From the NCBI RefSeq assembly GCF_009914755.1, contig NC_060925.1: DNA of 64,000 bases. One strand, 5' to 3'. Positions 54,944 to 64,000 of this stretch are shown in pieces (position 1 is the stretch's first letter; every line of letters starts with the position of its first letter). Made by a program: the position numbers and the translations under genes. The stretch comes from the human T2T-CHM13v2.0 reference genome, Homo sapiens. The notes beneath the pieces were generated by a model, which saw only the letters and a list, made by a program, of their open reading frames with translations, was not told the DNA's origin and searched no databases.

Positions 54944-55983
54944 TCACTAGTCATGTGAAAACTACCATCTTAAAACTCTTCCTTCCCAGGACAACCTTTT
55001 TATAAAATCAGGAACCAAAGGTGACAGTTGTCACTTGCCCCAGGCAATGACAGCTGAGGACACTGTCCCTGAATTTGGGTTTCTCTTGGGAAAGGGACAT
55101 CGGCTGACAGCTTTGTGATGTTGGGAGTACAATCATTTTCAAAACAGCCGGTATTTGAAATTGTGTTTCCCGTTCTCCTTTGAGCAAATTTTGTGTTTGT
55201 TTTCTATGGTATAAACAGTCTCATTGTGAAGACTGAAAGTATTCATCATGTGATCATAAACACTTGATTATTTCAAGAAGGGGGGATATTAACAAATCCA
55301 GAGCTTAAACATTAGAAATTGGGAACTGCAGGTGCCTGAACTGTAGGAATAGCTTCATGGGAGTTCATGTTTCCAAATTTCTAACCTCAAAGCCCAGACA
55401 AATACTCAATGCAGCACAAACGCTTCTCTTCTCAGGCTATTCCCCTCTGCATTCTGATTAAAGAAGTGTTCTGGAGAACAAGCCAGATGGGAATAAATCT
55501 GGTTTTTCGCTTTTCTCTAATTGAATATTGCTTCTGTTTGGAGTCAGTGCCTTTCCCTGCCTTCCCAGCGCCTCACAGGAAGGGGGTGCACAGAACAGAG
55601 CTTTGTGAGTGAGACTCCAGTGCACCATGGCGACATCGTGCCATAAAAGTGTCTTCTCTCATTTTCAAGGTAAACTAATGTTATTGCCACCAGGAAATAG
55701 ACCACATGAAAACAAACGCCAGGGACCTGGAAGAGTTGCCCAGGCAGTCGTTCTTGTCGGTTCCCAAGCTCATTACCCTCCTTAACTAAAGTCAATGGGA
55801 CGAAACACCAGGCTTCTCCAAAGGCCCCTGAACATGAAGCCTACATATTTAAAATCTGTGACTGTAAAATAACTACACTGAGTCTTCTTCTTGTTCACAA
55901 TGAATTGTCCATTTTCTCTCTTCTGATAAGTAATGCCTGGTTATCCAGTCCTTATATCCTGTGTCACAAAATGCTGCTGATCA

Positions 55984-56583
<600 letters not shown>

Positions 56584-56726
56584 GTGCTGATCTTGAACTC
56601 ACTGATGATTTGTGGTGTGGGGGGTGAACAGCAGTAACCAAAAATTTCCCCGCCTAAAGTATCAGGTGTCACAGATAGCTTGGTGAGAAACGTGAGTGTC
56701 TGATGGTGGAAGATTTACTCCCATGA

Positions 56727-57069
<343 letters not shown>

Positions 57070-57436
57070 TCATGTCTGTGAAATTTCTGGGGGTCTGGTG
57101 GTCTGGGGCATGCCAGGGTGCCCCCTCTGAAGTGAAGAGCCAACCACTGTACTTTTGGCCCCTGCCATCTGTAAGAAAGAATCCCGTGTTTGGGAGGTCG
57201 CTGGATTTTAGAGGCCACAGATGCCACATCTGGATGACACTTTCTGGCCAATTTACTGGGTAACCCCAAAAGCCACTAGCTTGGAGAGGGCCAACAGCCA
57301 GAGAAGGCGCTTCAGCTCAGCCAGGCTGCGATGCGGTGGCTCTGTCCTCAGCCTGTAAGGTCAAGCCTCACGCCATCGGCAGTCACTGGTCTCACCACGT
57401 GCACCAGCCCCCAGAGGCACTGGCGTTCGAGGATGC

Positions 57437-59004
57437 TGTGATGGTTAATTTTATGTGTCCATTTGGTCGAACGTGACTCTGGGTGTGTCTGTGCGGCTGT
57501 TTTAGATGAGACGAACACTAGAATTCGTAGGCTGTCTGCAACGTGGGAGCCCCCCGGAGCTTCCCCCTTGCACAGTTTCAGGCCTTCCTCATGGGGTGGG
57601 CCTCGGCCAATCAGTTGAACTCCTCCTGCCTGACTGTCTTGAGCTGAGACTTCAGTCTTTTTCCTTCCTGCAGACTCAAACAGAAACATCAGCTCTTCCT
57701 GGGTCTCGAGCCTGCCGGCTTTCACACTGCAGCTGCACCACCCGCCCTCCTGGTTCTCAGGCCTTCAGACACCGGCTGCAGCCACACCACCGGCCCTCCT
57801 GGGCCTCCAGCTTGCTGCCTGCAGACCTTGGGAGTTGTCAGCTCCATAATCATGGGAGCCAATTTCTCATTCAAAGAAATACACATACACACACCACACA
57901 CACACAAACACACACATACACCACACACACACATACACCACACACATACACACACCACACACATACACACACCACACACACACACAAACACACATCACAC
58001 ACATACAAACACACACATACACCACACACATACACACACCACACACATACACACACCACACACACACACACCACACACATACACCACACACAAACACACA
58101 CATACACCACACACACACATACACACACCACACACATACACATACCACACACACACATACACCACACACACACCACACACACCACACACATACACACACC
58201 ACACACATACACACACCACACACACATACACACGCCACACACACCACACACACCACACAGACAACACATACAAAGATACACATACACCACACATATACAC
58301 ATACATACCACACACACATACACCACACACACAAACCACACACACCGCACACACATACACACACCACACACACATATACACGCCACACACATACACACAC
58401 CAAACACACACCACACACACATACACAAACACACACATACACACACCCCCCACACACACAAACCACACACACCACACACACATACACCACACACATACAC
58501 ACACCACACACATACACACACGAAAGACATACATACACCACACACACATACACAAACACACACAAACACACACATACACATGTACACACATACACACCAC
58601 AAACACACGTACACACCACACACACATACACATACCACACATATACACACCACACACAAACACATACACCACACACATACACCCCACACACACATACACC
58701 ACACACACCACACACACATACACACCACACACACACCACACAAACACACACATAAACATACATACACATGTACACACATACACACACATGCACACCAACA
58801 CATATACACATACACACACACCACGCCATACACACACCACACACACATACACACACCACACACGTACACACACATATACACACACATGCACACCAACACA
58901 TACACACATACACACACATGCACACCAACACATACACACATACACACGTGCAAACACACCACATGAACACATGCAGGTGCACACACACACACACACCTGT
59001 TTCT

Positions 59005-59010
<6 letters not shown>
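57437..59010 (+). mobile_element. MLT2 ERVL LTR containing a 1.1-kb CA-rich expansion
   Basis: tgtgatggttaattttatgtgtc start; ccataatcatgggagccaatttc immediately before the repeat. Confidence 0.85.
57880..58996 (+). repeat. Degenerate (CA)n/CACAC/CATA minisatellite
   Basis: Directly visible; source of the His/Thr and Cys/Val ORFs. Confidence 0.97.
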
Positions 59011-62705
<3,695 letters not shown>

Positions 62706-63117
62706 ATGAAATTTTGTATCCTTGGGACCAACTTTTCCCCAACCATCCCGGCAGCTCCTGGTAACTACCATTCTACTCTCTGCTTCTATGAGTCCAACTA
62801 TTTTAGATTCCACATATGAGTGAGATCATGCATTCTTTATCTATCTGTGCCTGGCTTATTTGACTTAACATAGTGTCCTCCAGGTTCATCCATGTTGTAA
62901 ATGACAGGATTCTCTTCTTTTTTAGGGCTGAATAGTATTCCATATATAAATGCCACATTTTCTTTACCCATTCATCTACTGATGGGCATTGAGGTGGGCT
63001 CCATATCTTGATTATTGTGAATAGTGCTGCAATGGACGTGGGAATACAAATGTCTCTTCAGCAGACTGATTTGATTTCCTTTCCTTCAGATATACACCCA
63101 GTAGCGGAATTAGAGCA

Positions 63118-63490
63118 TGACATGGTTTGGCTGTGTCCCCACCCAAATCTCATCTTGAATTGTAGTTCCCATAATCCCCACGTGTCATGGGAGGGACCCA
63201 GTGGGAGTAATTGAATCATGGGGGCGGTTACCTCCATGCCATTCTTGTGATAGTGAGTTCTCACGAGATATGATGGTTTCACAAGGGGCTTTTCCCCTTT
63301 GCTCATCTCTCATTCTCCCTCCTTCCACCTTGTAAAGAGGTGCCTTCCACCATGATTGTAAGTTTCCTGAGGACTCCCCAGCCATGTGGAACTGTGAGTC
63401 AATTAAACTTCTTTTCTTTGTAAATTACCCAGTCTCAGGTGGGTGGGTAATTTCTTTATAAATTACCCAGTGTGAGAATGGACTAATGCA
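63118..63490 (+). mobile_element. THE1C/D-like solo LTR
   Basis: TSD gagca at 63113-63117 and 63491-63495. Confidence 0.95.
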
Positions 63491-64000
63491 GAGCATGTGG
63501 TAGTTCCATTTTTATTTTTTTGACGAACCTCCACACTATTTTCCATAATGGCTATACTAATTTACATTCCCATCAGAAAATATCTTATTAACGTATTTGT
63601 TGGGCTGCTTTCACATAGATCAGATGACGGTGACTTAGACAAGACAGAAGGTTTATTTTTCCTGCACATAAAAGCCCAAGCAGACATTAGGTGGGGCTGT
63701 GGGGTGAGTGGCTCTGTTGTGTGAGGTCAGCCTGCAGCCCGCCTCCTCCACGTGGCTCTGCTGCGCCCAGGGTGCTGTCTTCCTCTGCATGGTCAAAGGC
63801 AGTGCACTTGCTCATGTCCATGCTGCAGTCCTCAGAAAGGGAAAGGGGTCAAGGACAAGCAGTGTCTTTTCAGAAGCGTCCTGGGAGCTCAGGTCCACAC
63901 TGGCCAGTGTGGGACCTCTCACACTGGCCAGTGAGAGAGGCTGGCCTTGTAGTCACCAGTGCGTGGCCAGCCAAACCCAGGGGGCTTCAATTCCAAAAGA

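Overview
Primate, almost certainly human, non-coding genomic DNA. Roughly 90-100 Alu copies or fragments (AluJ/S/Y, FLAM/FRAM) sit among L1M, L2 and MIR relics, solo LTRs (THE1, MST, MLT1, MLT2, MER34/39/77-like) and hAT DNA-transposon fossils (MER1, MER30, MER53, MER58, MER91-like). I see no CpG island and no intact protein-coding gene, and I cannot name the locus. Nearly all ORFs in the track are Alu or simple-repeat artefacts. There is nothing resembling a prokaryotic system. The most interesting signals are: (1) a chain of repeat-free islands at about 1.4-19.6 kb, each starting at a + strand splice acceptor and including an ungapped 96-bp internal duplication with codon-like substitutions, which may be a decayed multi-exon gene or lncRNA; (2) a cluster of templated-insertion and fold-back repair scars at 14.7-24.8 kb; (3) a 5'-truncated Y1 RNA retrocopy whose empty site survives in an old local duplicate. 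Repeat family names come from my recall of consensus sequences rather than a database run, and repeat boundaries are approximate unless TSDs are quoted.
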